Program-made: the position numbers and the translations under genes
Part shown: positions 1 through 9,895 of the stretch, piece by piece
Layout of the letters: every line of letters starts with the position of its first letter
How positions within the stretch are numbered: the stretch's first letter is position 1
The notes under the pieces: model-generated
Seen by the model: only the letters and a program-made list of their open reading frames with translations
Databases searched by the model: none
What the model was told of the DNA's origin: nothing
Source: a candidate division WOR-3 bacterium
GTDB taxonomy: Bacteria > Hydrothermota > Tepidihabitantia > Tepidihabitantales > Tepidihabitantaceae
NCBI GenBank assembly: GCA_024653355.1
Contig: JANLFQ010000001.1
Coordinates: forward strand, 640,576 to 704,575
DNA length: 64,000 bases
Reading direction: 5' to 3'

Positions 1-107
1 GCAATAAATTTATAATATTAAATATTAACTATATAAATAATAAATAATATTAAATATTTGTCAACAAAAAAATAATATGTAGTTCCGGATGTAATTACAA
101 ACCGTAA

Positions 108-518
108 TTACTTCTTTGCTATTAGCCCCTGCGCCAGTTGTTCTAAGGTGTCGATAAAAACCTTCAGGTTTTGGTCGGGGATGCGCCGCATCATCTTCAC
201 CAACCCCTGACGGTTCAACTTTGCCAGTTGCTGCGCCGTCTTAATTCCAGCCGGGGTTAATTGTACTAAAACCACCCGCCGGTCTTCAGTAGACCGGTCA
301 CGCTCTACCAACCTTTTCTTCACTAACCGGTCCACAAGACCACTGGCATTGGCTTTAGAAATTCCCAGAACCTCAGCCAGCTTATTCATACTGGTCTGCC
401 GCATATTCAATAAGGTTATAAGTACCATTGCCTGGGAAAAAGAAAACTCCTGCCCTAACGCCTCAACCGAACTCAATAGCCTCAAACCCCGGACAAGAAT
501 CGGTCCGAGCCATTCCAA
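108..518 (-). CDS. MarR-family transcriptional regulator
   Basis: 136 aa. Winged-HTH MarR pattern (…MNKLAEVLGISKANASGLVDRLVKKRLVERDRSTEDRRVVLVQLTPAG…). Divergent from glyA. Confidence 0.8.
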   Translation of the reverse strand: MEWLGPILVRGLRLLSSVEALGQEFSFSQAMVLITLLNMRQTSMNKLAEVLGISKANASGLVDRLVKKRLVERDRSTEDRRVVLVQLTPAGIKTAQQLAKLNRQGLVKMMRRIPDQNLKVFIDTLEQLAQGLIAKK

Positions 519-717
519 TTTTGTTAAATAAAAATCCTCTTTTTTGCCGATGTATTATTATTCTATTTTTACAGCGGTTGTCAATCACAACCCTGATGAT
601 TAAAAAACCGGTGCAAAGATTAAAACAAGCCTCCCCTATTTATCTTGACTTTTATCCTCAATGTCATACTCTTTTTATTAATGAAAAACATTAAAGTAAA
701 AAGTAAGGAGTTAAATT

Positions 718-1998
718 ATGACGGCAAAAAAACTATTGGAAATTGACCCGGAAGTTTTCGACGCAATTGTCAAAGAAACCGACCGGCAGCACTCCAATTT
801 AGAATTAATCGCTTCCGAAAACTTCTGCTCGGAAGCGGTACTTGCGGCACTTGGGTCGGTTTTAACCAATAAGTATGCTGAAGGTTATCCGAAAAAAAGG
901 TATTACGGCGGATGCCGATATGTTGACATTGCCGAAGAGTTAGCAATTCAGCGCGCCAAGGAGTTGTTCGGCTGTGACCACGCCAATGTCCAGCCCCATT
1001 CCGGCACACAGGCGAATATCGCCGCTTATTTAACACTGGCTCAACCCGGTGACACCATTATGGGACTGTCGCTTTCGCACGGTGGCCACCTTTCCCATGG
1101 CCATCCGATAAATTTCTCAGGCCGCTATTTCAAGGTTGTTCATTACACCGTTGACCCGAACACCGAAATGCTCGACTATGAAGCGATTCGAAAACTGGCG
1201 CGGGAACACAAACCACGGGTCATTGTTAGCGGTGCATCTGCTTACCCGCGGATTATTCACTTTGACCGATTTCAGGAAATCTGCGATGAGGTTGGTGCCG
1301 CCCAGCTTGCCGATATCGCCCACATTGCTGGTCCGGTTGCCGCGGGTCTGCATCCATCACCCGTCCCCTATGCTGACATCGTTACGACGACAACTCACAA
1401 AACCCTGCGCGGTCCCCGGGGCGCAATCATAATGTGTAAGGCAAAGTATGCCGAAGAACTGGACAAAGTAGTTTTCCCGGGCACACAAGGTGGTCCGCTT
1501 GAGCATTGCATTGCCGCAAAGGCGGTGGCTTTCAAAGAGGCTCTAACACCCGAATTCAAAGAGTATCAGCGCCAAACTCTTGCCAATGCCCGAACCTTAG
1601 CCGAAGAGTTGGCGAAGCGGGGCTTCCGCCTCTGTACCGGCGGCACCGACAACCATCTGATGCTCGTTGACCTGCGGCCGAAGAACATCAAAGGGCGCGA
1701 TGCAGAACGGCTTCTGGGAAAGGTCGGTATCACCGTCAACCGCAACACCATCCCCTTTGACCCGGAAAAACCTTTCATCGCCTCGGGAATGCGGCTGGGC
1801 ACTCCCGCACTCACAACCCGCGGTATGAAGGAACCGGAAATGGTAAAAATTGCCGAACTGATTGACCGAACCATCACCGCTGGTGAAGACGAAACTCAAC
1901 TGGAAAAAATCAAAGCCGAAGTTAAAGAACTGGTTGACGCCTTTCCGCTTTATCCGGAACGGCGAGCCGAGTATCAAACCATCCTTTCCAAGGAGTAA
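718..1998 (+). CDS. glyA: Serine hydroxymethyltransferase
   Basis: 426 aa. SHMT motifs (HGGHLSHG; PLP lysine in [13 protein letters not shown]). AAGGAG ribosome-binding site 7 nt upstream. Confidence 0.95.
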   Translation: MTAKKLLEIDPEVFDAIVKETDRQHSNLELIASENFCSEAVLAALGSVLTNKYAEGYPKKRYYGGCRYVDIAEELAIQRAKELFGCDHANVQPHSGTQANIAAYLTLAQPGDTIMGLSLSHGGHLSHGHPINFSGRYFKVVHYTVDPNTEMLDYEAIRKLAREHKPRVIVSGASAYPRIIHFDRFQEICDEVGAAQLADIAHIAGPVAAGLHPSPVPYADIVTTTTHKTLRGPRGAIIMCKAKYAEELDKVVFPGTQGGPLEHCIAAKAVAFKEALTPEFKEYQRQTLANARTLAEELAKRGFRLCTGGTDNHLMLVDLRPKNIKGRDAERLLGKVGITVNRNTIPFDPEKPFIASGMRLGTPALTTRGMKEPEMVKIAELIDRTITAGEDETQLEKIKAEVKELVDAFPLYPERRAEYQTILSKE

Positions 1999-2000
1999 AA

Positions 2001-3281
2001 ATGGCACGACCAACAATCGCCCGTTTTACCGCCCGAGAAATCCTTGACTCTCGGGGTAACCCAACGCTGGAAGTTGATTGCATCCTCGCGAACGGAATTA
2101 TGGGAAGGGCATCGGTGCCGTCCGGCGCCTCGGTTGGTTCCTTTGAAGCCCTGGAACTCCGCGACAAAGACCCGAACCGCTACCATGGTAAAGGCGTGCT
2201 CAAGGCAATCGCCAGTATTCACGATGTCATCGCGCCGCGCCTGGTAGGAATGGATGCCACCGACCAGTTTCAAATTGACCGCATGTTGATTGAACTGGAC
2301 GGCACAAAAAACAAATCAAGACTCGGTGCCAATGCCATCCTTGGCGTTTCGCTTGCGGTCTGTCGCGCGGCAGCGGTCTGCGCCGGACTCCCCATCTATC
2401 GGCTGCTGGGTGGTGCTGGAACCAGATTCACCCCAACCCCATTCCTCAATATTATCAATGGCGGGCTCCACGCCCCTAACAATCTTGACTTTCAAGAGTA
2501 TATGATTGTCCCTGCTGGATTACCAACCTTCCGGGATGCGATTCGCGCGGCAGCGGAAATTTACCAGACGCTAAAGAAAATTCTCGAAAACCGGAACCTT
2601 CCAACAACAGTCGGAGATGAAGGTGGAATGGCACCCAATTTTGCAAGCAACGAAGAGCCACTGCAAATCATCATGCAGGCTATCGAGCAGACAGGCTACC
2701 ATCCGGGAGAACAGGTCTACCTGGCAATTGATGTTGCCGCCAGCACCATTTACCAGGACGGAGTCTATCTTCTCAGCAATCCTGAAGAACGAACCGTCAC
2801 CGCCAATGAACTGATTGACCTTTATAGCGAATGGATTGAACGCTACCCGATAATCTCAATTGAAGACGGACTGGCAGAAGAAGACTGGGCTGGCTGGCAC
2901 GAATTAACCTCCCGATTGGGTAAAAGGGTTCAACTGGTCGGCGACGACATCTTTGTCACCAACATCGAACGGCTCCGTCGGGGCATTCAGGAAGGTGCCG
3001 CCAATGCAGTTCTGGTAAAACCCACCCAGATTGGTACAGTAAGCGAAACAATCGACTGCGTTAAAGTGGCGATGGAAAACGGCTACCGCGCCATCGTCTC
3101 GCACCGTTCTGGTGAAACCGACGACCATTTTATTGCCGACCTTGCCGTTGCCGTTAACTGTGGTCAGATTAAAACCGGTGCCCCCTGCCGGGGTGAAAGA
3201 ACCGCTAAATACAACCGACTGATCCGGATCGAAGAAGAAGACCGGCTTCCCTACGCTGGTCTAAAAACTCTTTTACGATGA
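2001..3281 (+). CDS. eno: Enolase (phosphopyruvate hydratase)
   Basis: 426 aa. N-terminal [16 protein letters not shown] and C-terminal SHRSGETED-like SHRSGETDD motif. Only 3 nt after glyA. Confidence 0.95.
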   Translation: MARPTIARFTAREILDSRGNPTLEVDCILANGIMGRASVPSGASVGSFEALELRDKDPNRYHGKGVLKAIASIHDVIAPRLVGMDATDQFQIDRMLIELDGTKNKSRLGANAILGVSLAVCRAAAVCAGLPIYRLLGGAGTRFTPTPFLNIINGGLHAPNNLDFQEYMIVPAGLPTFRDAIRAAAEIYQTLKKILENRNLPTTVGDEGGMAPNFASNEEPLQIIMQAIEQTGYHPGEQVYLAIDVAASTIYQDGVYLLSNPEERTVTANELIDLYSEWIERYPIISIEDGLAEEDWAGWHELTSRLGKRVQLVGDDIFVTNIERLRRGIQEGAANAVLVKPTQIGTVSETIDCVKVAMENGYRAIVSHRSGETDDHFIADLAVAVNCGQIKTGAPCRGERTAKYNRLIRIEEEDRLPYAGLKTLLR

Positions 3282-3550
3282 GTGGTAAGCGCAAAAGTGT
3301 TTTGCTTCTTACCGGGGGTACGCTGCTCCTGCTTAGCCTCATATTCCTCCCTGGCCCCAACGGACTGGTGCGGGTACTTTTGAAACTGTACCGTATCAAA
3401 CAGCACCAGACCGCCATCCTTCAATTGAAAAACGAAGCAGACACACTGGAACAAAAAATAAAACTCTGGCAGGACCCGCGTTATGCCACAAAAATGGCAC
3501 ACAATGTTTTCGGTTCCGACACAACGCCACACTCGGACACGATAAAATAA
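3278..3550 (+). CDS. Septum formation initiator (FtsB/DivIC-like)
   Basis: 90 aa. Single N-terminal transmembrane segment, a coiled coil ([18 protein letters not shown]), then a DPRY…A…FG motif typical of FtsB. ATGA overlap with the eno stop codon. eno-ftsB synteny is common. Confidence 0.55.
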   Translation: MSGKRKSVLLLTGGTLLLLSLIFLPGPNGLVRVLLKLYRIKQHQTAILQLKNEADTLEQKIKLWQDPRYATKMAHNVFGSDTTPHSDTIK

Positions 3551-3553
3551 TCG

Positions 3554-4327
3554 CTAAATCGGGGGAAACAAAACCTGGGGTTTTCCGGTACAAGGATGCT
3601 TTGTAACAACCGGCTCCAAACCATAGGCGGCACGAATTAAATCAGGAGTCAAAACCTTCGCTGGAATATCACAGGCGACCGTTTTGCCCTGAGCCAGTAA
3701 AAGTAACCGGGAACATAATGCCGCTTCATTCAAATCGTGGGACACCAGCACAATCGTCTTTCCTTGCTCATTTAGAATCTTCAGGATCTGCAACAATGCC
3801 ACCTGATGCGCAAGGTCAAGGTGAGAAGTCGCTTCATCGAGCAAGAGAATTTGTGGCTCCTGGGCAAGTGCCCGAGCAAGCAGCACCCGTTGTTTTTCAC
3901 CCGCCGATATTGAGTTGATACTTTTTGTTGCCAGCATCTGCACCCCGGTCAACTTCATTGTCTCCGCAACCTTGTTCAAATCCTCCTGCCGCGGCCGCTC
4001 GAGAAGTTTGAGATAGGGATTACGTCCCATCAGCACCACCTCTTGTACGGTCCATTCAAAGGCAAAAAAACTCTCCTGCGGGACTAAGGCAATTGTTTGG
4101 GCAATTTCCTTTCGAGATAAACGGTTAATTTCCTTCCCCAGAACATTAACAACACCTCGCAGTGGTCTTAATGTCCCATTAAGCAAACGCAAAAGGGTTG
4201 ATTTCCCCGAACCATTCGGGCCAATGATGCCCAAAAACTCACCCGATTCTATCGCGAGAGAAAAGCCATCAAAAATCAATTCGTTGCCATAGCCAAAACT
4301 TAAACCTTCGGCAGTTAGCGCTTTCAT
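3554..4327 (-). CDS. ABC transporter ATP-binding protein (FecE/BtuD type)
   Basis: 257 aa. Walker A GPNGSGKSTLL, ABC signature LSAGEKQRV, Walker B LLLDEATSHLD. Confidence 0.9.
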   Translation of the reverse strand: MKALTAEGLSFGYGNELIFDGFSLAIESGEFLGIIGPNGSGKSTLLRLLNGTLRPLRGVVNVLGKEINRLSRKEIAQTIALVPQESFFAFEWTVQEVVLMGRNPYLKLLERPRQEDLNKVAETMKLTGVQMLATKSINSISAGEKQRVLLARALAQEPQILLLDEATSHLDLAHQVALLQILKILNEQGKTIVLVSHDLNEAALCSRLLLLAQGKTVACDIPAKVLTPDLIRAAYGLEPVVTKHPCTGKPQVLFPPI

Positions 4328-5271
4328 ACCCTGGTTCGCAAGAGATAGATAAAGAAAGGTACACCGACCAGCGCCGTAACAACTGATAACGGTAAACCTG
4401 TTGGCGTCAATGTGCGGACCAGCACATCGGCAAATAGCAAAACCCCGGCACCGAGCAGAAAAGAGCCCGGCAAAACCTGACTGTGTTTTGGACCAAATAG
4501 CATCCTTACCAGATGAGGAACCACCAAACCAACAAAACTTATTGCCCCGGTCCAGGCAACAATCAAACCAACCGCAACCGACCCTACCAGAAAGACCATT
4601 CTTGTCAACCGCTGAACATCAACCCCCAAACTCAGCGCTGTTTCTTCGCTCAGGGAAATAACATCCAGCTCCCGATTATGAACCATTAACCAGCCACATC
4701 CGGCCAGTGCTAAAATCGCAGAGATAACAAAAAGAGCAAGTGACTTTCGGGTAAAGACCACCGTCAAACTCCCCATCATCAGGTAAACCGCCTCGCCAAG
4801 TGATCGATGCGAAATAACCATTACCAGCATCACCAAACTGGAGAAGAAAAAACTGACAATAACTCCGGCTAAAACAAGCCGAATAACAGTTAAACCGCCT
4901 CGCCCCCGAGCAAGAACATACACCAGTGCGATTGCCAGAACCGCTCCTGAAAAAGCAAAAACTGGTAAAAGTACACTTGACCCGGTGCCGGTAACAATGG
5001 CAAAAGCCGCCCCTAGTGCCGCACCACTCGCAACACCAAGCGTCCAGGGGTCCACCAGCGGGTTGCGCAACAGCCCCTGGAATGCACCACCTACTACCGC
5101 CAGTACCCCACCAGCAACAACGCCCACTAAAACCCGGGGCAACCGGAAAAGAAGCACCTGGTTGAGTATACGATAAGAAAAACCCCCAGGCCCGGTTAAA
5201 ATTGAAAGCACTCCACTAAAAATCAACAAAAGAACTATTACGGCCCAGCTCAATCGCCTTTTTGAACTCAC
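4324..5271 (-). CDS. ABC transporter permease, FecCD/BtuC family
   Basis: 315 aa, polytopic membrane protein of the FecCD family. 4-nt overlap with the downstream ATPase gene. Confidence 0.9.
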   Translation of the reverse strand: MSSKRRLSWAVIVLLLIFSGVLSILTGPGGFSYRILNQVLLFRLPRVLVGVVAGGVLAVVGGAFQGLLRNPLVDPWTLGVASGAALGAAFAIVTGTGSSVLLPVFAFSGAVLAIALVYVLARGRGGLTVIRLVLAGVIVSFFFSSLVMLVMVISHRSLGEAVYLMMGSLTVVFTRKSLALFVISAILALAGCGWLMVHNRELDVISLSEETALSLGVDVQRLTRMVFLVGSVAVGLIVAWTGAISFVGLVVPHLVRMLFGPKHSQVLPGSFLLGAGVLLFADVLVRTLTPTGLPLSVVTALVGVPFFIYLLRTRV

Positions 5272-6113
5272 TACCGAAACCTCTCGGGATGGAGTATCCG
5301 AGCAAGTAGTATCACACCATCAACGACCCTGGGACCAGGACGAAAAAAAAGGTCTTCATCCAGACCGGTGTAAATTCTTCCCGAAAGCACGGCATTGATA
5401 TTTGACCAGCCTACGCGCTTTTTTAACTCATCCTTATTAGCCAATGGATGGAGTAAGAGAATTACATCCGGATTTTCCTGGACAACCGCTTCCGGGTCAA
5501 CAACCGGGTAAGGTATATTAAGGTGCTGAAAAATATTTTGTCCGCCTGCCCGGGAGATGATGTCATTGATAAATACCCCCTGACCAACACTCATCAGTGG
5601 CGCCATTGAAATTTCGACATAAACTTTCGGCTTATAAGAAAAGGTTGGCAATGAATCAAGTCGGCGGCGTAAAGCGGCCACCAACCTTTCCGCTTCCTTT
5701 GTCCGTCTTAGTATCACACCCACGGACTCAATCTCAGCAAATACCCCTTCAACATCAGCCGGATTCGACACATAGACCTGCACTTTAAACTCCGCAAGCC
5801 TTTCGATAAGACGTTGATGTATTGGCTGAGTGGCAAAAACGACATCAGGTTTCAAAGATACAATTCGTTCAATGTCCGGAGATTGAAAATCACCAACCTT
5901 GGTCTTCTCCTTGGCAGCCGGCGGGAAATCACACTGATTTGTCGTTCCAACAAGCATATCCTCTGCTCCAATGGCAAAAATTATTTCTGTTACACTGGGC
6001 ACAAGCGAAACACATTTTACCCTCTTTTCTGGTATCTGGCGCTCTTTATGGACACCACAATTGACCACCATCAACATGATCAGCCAAAGGGCGCAACCTG
6101 AGTAGCGCATCAT
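5271..6113 (-). CDS. Periplasmic substrate-binding protein (BtuF/FecB-like, class III)
   Basis: 280 aa. Signal peptide. VCVSLVPSVTEIIFAIGAEDMLVGTTNQCDFPP resembles the BtuF TNxCDYP motif. Confidence 0.8.
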   Translation of the reverse strand: MMRYSGCALWLIMLMVVNCGVHKERQIPEKRVKCVSLVPSVTEIIFAIGAEDMLVGTTNQCDFPPAAKEKTKVGDFQSPDIERIVSLKPDVVFATQPIHQRLIERLAEFKVQVYVSNPADVEGVFAEIESVGVILRRTKEAERLVAALRRRLDSLPTFSYKPKVYVEISMAPLMSVGQGVFINDIISRAGGQNIFQHLNIPYPVVDPEAVVQENPDVILLLHPLANKDELKKRVGWSNINAVLSGRIYTGLDEDLFFRPGPRVVDGVILLARILHPERFR

Positions 6114-6890
6114 CTACTCTTCCACATTTTGGGTCTTGTGAGCAAAAACCAGATAAGCAGTATGTGCTACCATTCTGTCTACCGGCCGAATCCCGGTCTC
6201 GCGCAAAAATAAACCCCGTTCAAGAATCTCTTTTGCCCGAACGCGCACAAACCCTGCCGCTCCCAGTGCCGAATTAAGCCGCCGTAACTGCTCTACGGTC
6301 GGCACCAGTGCCGCAAGGGCATAACCACTCTTCAAAGCCTGCCGCGCCGGTTTGACGAGAGTCCAAGGTTCAGGCACATCAAGAAAAACCGCATCCACCT
6401 CTTTTTGCTGAAAGCCCTGTTCTGCTGGGTCTAAAACGAAAAATTCACAGACCGCTTCCAGCCCATATCTTGCGACATTCTCCTGCGCGAGGGTGCTAAA
6501 TTCCGGCCGTCGCTCATACGAATAAACCCGCCCCTGCGGCCCAACAAACGAAGCCAGAACCACTGTCAAACCACCGGACCCTGAACCCACTTCAATAACC
6601 CGGGCTCCGGGAAATACGAGTGTCTGCAGCAACATAAAACCCGTGTCTTTGGGATAAACCACCGTCGTTTTTCTCTTTACCTTCAATAGCAGGTCAGCCA
6701 GCGTTGGCTTAAGAATATAGAATTTCGTGCCCAGTTGAGTTTCCACCCAATCGCCATATTCCTTGCCAATTATATCTTTAAATTCCACATTGCCTCGATG
6801 GGTTGAAAACTTCCCTTGTTCCTCCACGCGGATAAGAAACTTCATATCTTCGGAATGGTAGAGCAAAACAAAATCACCACACCTGATCAT
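6114..6890 (-). CDS. trmI: tRNA (adenine-N1)-methyltransferase, TrmI/GCD14 family
   Basis: 258 aa. SAM-binding motif GARVIEVGSGSGGLT. Overall GCD14-like layout. First gene of the operon with the ABC importer. Confidence 0.7.
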   Translation of the reverse strand: MIRCGDFVLLYHSEDMKFLIRVEEQGKFSTHRGNVEFKDIIGKEYGDWVETQLGTKFYILKPTLADLLLKVKRKTTVVYPKDTGFMLLQTLVFPGARVIEVGSGSGGLTVVLASFVGPQGRVYSYERRPEFSTLAQENVARYGLEAVCEFFVLDPAEQGFQQKEVDAVFLDVPEPWTLVKPARQALKSGYALAALVPTVEQLRRLNSALGAAGFVRVRAKEILERGLFLRETGIRPVDRMVAHTAYLVFAHKTQNVEE

Positions 6891-6964
6891 TAGCTGATTG
6901 TAAAATTTTGGCTCAACAGGTCAAGTTCACCAGTCTCTGTTGCGCTTTTAACTTAACCGTATCC

Positions 6965-6992
6965 TTGACTTTTCTACCTTAGCGAATATCAT
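6965..6992 (+). promoter_or_regulatory. Putative sigma70-type promoter (TTGACT-N16-TATCAT) for the NHL cargo gene
   Basis: CCTTGACTTT extended -35 box. A -10-like TATCAT lies 16 nt downstream, just before the GTG start at 7000. Confidence 0.35.
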
Positions 6993-6999
6993 CCTAATA

Positions 7000-8295
7000 G
7001 TGTTTGCAGTATTAACAACTTTACTATTTGCCGAAGCAACAACATTGGTCGCACCACCATTTTCCCACACCCTTGGATTCACCCGGGTAAGTAGTTTTTA
7101 CCTCAATATGTTCCTCGGCAAAGATTTTCGGGTTGATAATCCCCAGGGGTTAGCCTGTGCCAAAATCAAAGAAGAGGAAGACACCACCACTTGGCGGGAT
7201 GATGCCCTGCTGACCCTGTTTGCCGTAAACTCCAACACCGGGCAAATTGTCTACAACGTCAAACTCGTCCGGCCGGGCATTTTTGGTGCTCAAGGACAGG
7301 GTGTAGGTCAATTCAACCACCCCCATGGAATCACCTGCAATGAAGACGGTGATGTCTATGTGGCTGACACCGACAACAACCGACTGGTTCGGTTGCGCTA
7401 CACCGGTGGTAAACTCCATTGGGTGACCGTAGTTGATTCAACCTTAAATCACCCTTATGATGTTACGATGGATTCCAAGGGTCGAGTGTTTGTCACCGAT
7501 ACCGACAACGACCAAATCGTCGTTTATGCCCCGGACAACAACCGAATCGCCACCTTAACCCCGGGGCTAAAAAAACCGAGCGCGATTGCGATTCTTGACC
7601 ACCTTGCCCCTTTTAATGAAACCGGTCTTGATTTACTGGTAGTCGTTGACCATTCAGGCACAACCGTAAATCAGCTGTCAACTTCCGGTGAAATTTTGCG
7701 CTCGGTCGATTACCGACGCATCGGATTGGATAGCGCTTATTTTGCCTATTGTGCCTTTGACCGCCATGGTAATGTTTATGTAACCGACATGCTAAATTCC
7801 CAGATTCACATCTTCGCACCGGGTTTAAAATACATCGTTTCCTTTGGCCGTACCGCATCAAGTAAATCTGACCAGCCCGTTTTCAATGCACCGCGCGGTA
7901 TCGCAATTGGTAGGAAATTTGGTCAACTGTTTGTCAGTGAAGCCGATGGAGGTCAGTACTATTTAATTGCGCTTGATGGTTACCTCATCGGTTGCTACCC
8001 GGAACAGTTCAAAGCCGACAAACCCGGCACCACCATCGCGCTCTATCTCACTCAACGGGCTGAAATCATCGTTGAAATTAGCGATTCCACAGGCAACATT
8101 ATTAGAAGCCTTACGCCCCCCTATCACCAGGGACCGGGCGAAGTTCTTATCGTGTGGGACGGCAGAGACAACGAAGGTAACATCGTCCCTATAGGTGAAT
8201 ACCATATTAAAACAATTATCCGCCCCACCTACTCACGCCCGAGGTATACATTAAAAAAAGAGCTTTTCACCCGGGTTGTGCGTCTACCGGGATAA
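7000..8295 (+). CDS. NHL-repeat beta-propeller protein with C-terminal T9SS/FlgD-Ig-like sorting domain
   Basis: 431 aa. GTG start. NHL repeats (GDVYVADTDNNRLVRL, GRVFVTDTDNDQIVVY, GNVYVTDMLNSQIHIF). C-terminal region (…GEYHIKTI…) resembles a T9SS sorting domain. Confidence 0.7.
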   Translation: MFAVLTTLLFAEATTLVAPPFSHTLGFTRVSSFYLNMFLGKDFRVDNPQGLACAKIKEEEDTTTWRDDALLTLFAVNSNTGQIVYNVKLVRPGIFGAQGQGVGQFNHPHGITCNEDGDVYVADTDNNRLVRLRYTGGKLHWVTVVDSTLNHPYDVTMDSKGRVFVTDTDNDQIVVYAPDNNRIATLTPGLKKPSAIAILDHLAPFNETGLDLLVVVDHSGTTVNQLSTSGEILRSVDYRRIGLDSAYFAYCAFDRHGNVYVTDMLNSQIHIFAPGLKYIVSFGRTASSKSDQPVFNAPRGIAIGRKFGQLFVSEADGGQYYLIALDGYLIGCYPEQFKADKPGTTIALYLTQRAEIIVEISDSTGNIIRSLTPPYHQGPGEVLIVWDGRDNEGNIVPIGEYHIKTIIRPTYSRPRYTLKKELFTRVVRLPG

Positions 8296-8307
8296 TTTAA
8301 GGAGGAG

Positions 8308-9246
8308 TTGAGTTATATGATTAAGAAATTAACCTTGCAGATTTGTGTTATACTATTCACTTCTCTCTGGGCAACAAAGTACGCCGGGGATTTTGAAGAG
8401 CTCGGAACATCAGCGCGTGCCATTGGTATGGGAGGCGCGGTCACCGCCAGCGCCAACGACCCCAGCACGATTTACTACAACCCGGCACTCTCCTCTCGGC
8501 TTGCGCGAAACTCAGTGCTGCTAATGCACTCCGAAGACTTTTCCGGACTTGTAAAACACAACTTCGTCGGCATCAGTTTTCCGGATGGGTGCCAGGCTTT
8601 CGGCTTTGCTATCCTGCACAATGGCATACCCGGTATAAAACTTACGAAAGTGCCCGATTCAACTCAGGAACCCGGGGAAAACAACCGCCCCTATGTGGAT
8701 AAAATTGTCAACGCCAACCAGCTTGTCGGATACTTCAACTACGCGCGGAATTTATCTTCCCGGCTTGCCCTGGGCGGTAACGCCAAAATTATCTATCAAG
8801 AACTCGGTGGCACCGGTTCCTGTCTTGGAATGGGGGTTGACCTTGGTTTGATTTTGACACCAATCGTCGACATCAATCTTGGCTGCCGGATTCGCAACAT
8901 CAGCACCTCGCCTCTTTTCTGGAACACCGGAAGAAAGGAATACATCACCCCTCGAGCCGCTTTGGGTATCAGCAAACTATTTACCTTCGGCCACAACCGT
9001 CTCCAGCTCGCGGTTGAAGTAGAAAGCAACTTTGAAGAAAAAACATTGCTGCCCAACTTCGGAATTGAATATGCCTTTCGCGAAGCTCTCTTCGGGCGAA
9101 TCGGCATATTCCGTAACAACTTCAGTTTTGGACTGGGATTTAAATTCAAGCGTTTTCATATCGACTACGGCTACGCTACCGGTACGGCTCCGGAATCCAG
9201 AGAACTGGGCACTCCGCAGCAAATCTCAGGAGGTGTTGAGTTTTAG
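8308..9246 (+). CDS. Short outer-membrane beta-barrel, FadL/PorV-like
   Basis: 312 aa. Signal peptide. N-terminal hatch-like motif GTSARAIGMGGAVTASANDPSTIYYNPA (compare the FadL [24 protein letters not shown]). Ends in a C-terminal Phe (…GGVEF), as outer-membrane barrels do. Confidence 0.5.
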   Translation: MSYMIKKLTLQICVILFTSLWATKYAGDFEELGTSARAIGMGGAVTASANDPSTIYYNPALSSRLARNSVLLMHSEDFSGLVKHNFVGISFPDGCQAFGFAILHNGIPGIKLTKVPDSTQEPGENNRPYVDKIVNANQLVGYFNYARNLSSRLALGGNAKIIYQELGGTGSCLGMGVDLGLILTPIVDINLGCRIRNISTSPLFWNTGRKEYITPRAALGISKLFTFGHNRLQLAVEVESNFEEKTLLPNFGIEYAFREALFGRIGIFRNNFSFGLGFKFKRFHIDYGYATGTAPESRELGTPQQISGGVEF

Positions 9247-9296
9247 GTCCAGAACTCGGTCGTAAGTTAGCGCACCTCATTGCTCTCATCATCCCG

Positions 9297-9839
9297 ATGG
9301 CGTATTACGCCATCCCTAACCGTTACCTTTCACTGGTACTGATGGCGATTGCCACCGCAATATTTCTTACTGTTGACCTGCTGCGTCTCCGGCTTAATCC
9401 CTTTAAGGATATATTTATTATTCTGTTTGGCTCACTTCTCCGGCGCAAGGAATTTTCCTCCTTAACCGGCGGTAGTTACCTTATGGTCGCTTCACTTGTC
9501 GCGATGTTACTGTTCGGCACCAACAAGGGTGTCTTAATTGCTGCAATATCTTTCTTAGCCATCGGCGACACGGTTGCCGCCCTCGTCGGGCTTTCCTTTG
9601 GTAAAATTCGGGTATTTCGCAAAACTCTTGAAGGAACTCTTGCCGGGCTATTTGCCTGCGTTGCTGTTGCCATCACAGTATCTTTTCTTCCCGGTATTGA
9701 CATGCCGTTGATTATTGGTATCATTGGTGCAATATCCGCTTCAGTCGTTGAAGCTTTGCCGTTTGAAATAAACGACAATGTCGTCGTCCCGCTTTTTTCC
9801 GGGACGGTAATGATGATTGCAACCCAGATTATCCACTGA
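9297..9839 (+). CDS. CTP-dependent polyprenol/phytol-kinase-like membrane protein (CTP_transf_1 superfamily, DUF92-like)
   Basis: 180 aa, polytopic. RKTLEGTLAG motif as in CdsA and dolichol kinase. The in-frame upstream peptide ELGRKLAHLIALIIP looks like a real N-terminus but has no ATG, so the start is uncertain. Confidence 0.45.
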   Translation: MAYYAIPNRYLSLVLMAIATAIFLTVDLLRLRLNPFKDIFIILFGSLLRRKEFSSLTGGSYLMVASLVAMLLFGTNKGVLIAAISFLAIGDTVAALVGLSFGKIRVFRKTLEGTLAGLFACVAVAITVSFLPGIDMPLIIGIIGAISASVVEALPFEINDNVVVPLFSGTVMMIATQIIH

Positions 9840-9895
9840 AGCGGAATGGCGGTAAATTTCACACTGAACTGTAAGTTAAAAAGGAGGACTGATAT

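Noticed and set aside
1597-2016. 139-aa and 103-aa minus-strand ORFs inside glyA
   Set aside because: Antisense to serine hydroxymethyltransferase. No ribosome-binding site and no recognisable domain.
6891-6999. Possible cobalamin riboswitch ahead of the Btu-like importer operon
   Set aside because: The region is too short and lacks a B12-box-like sequence. It is more likely the promoter of the plus-strand NHL gene.
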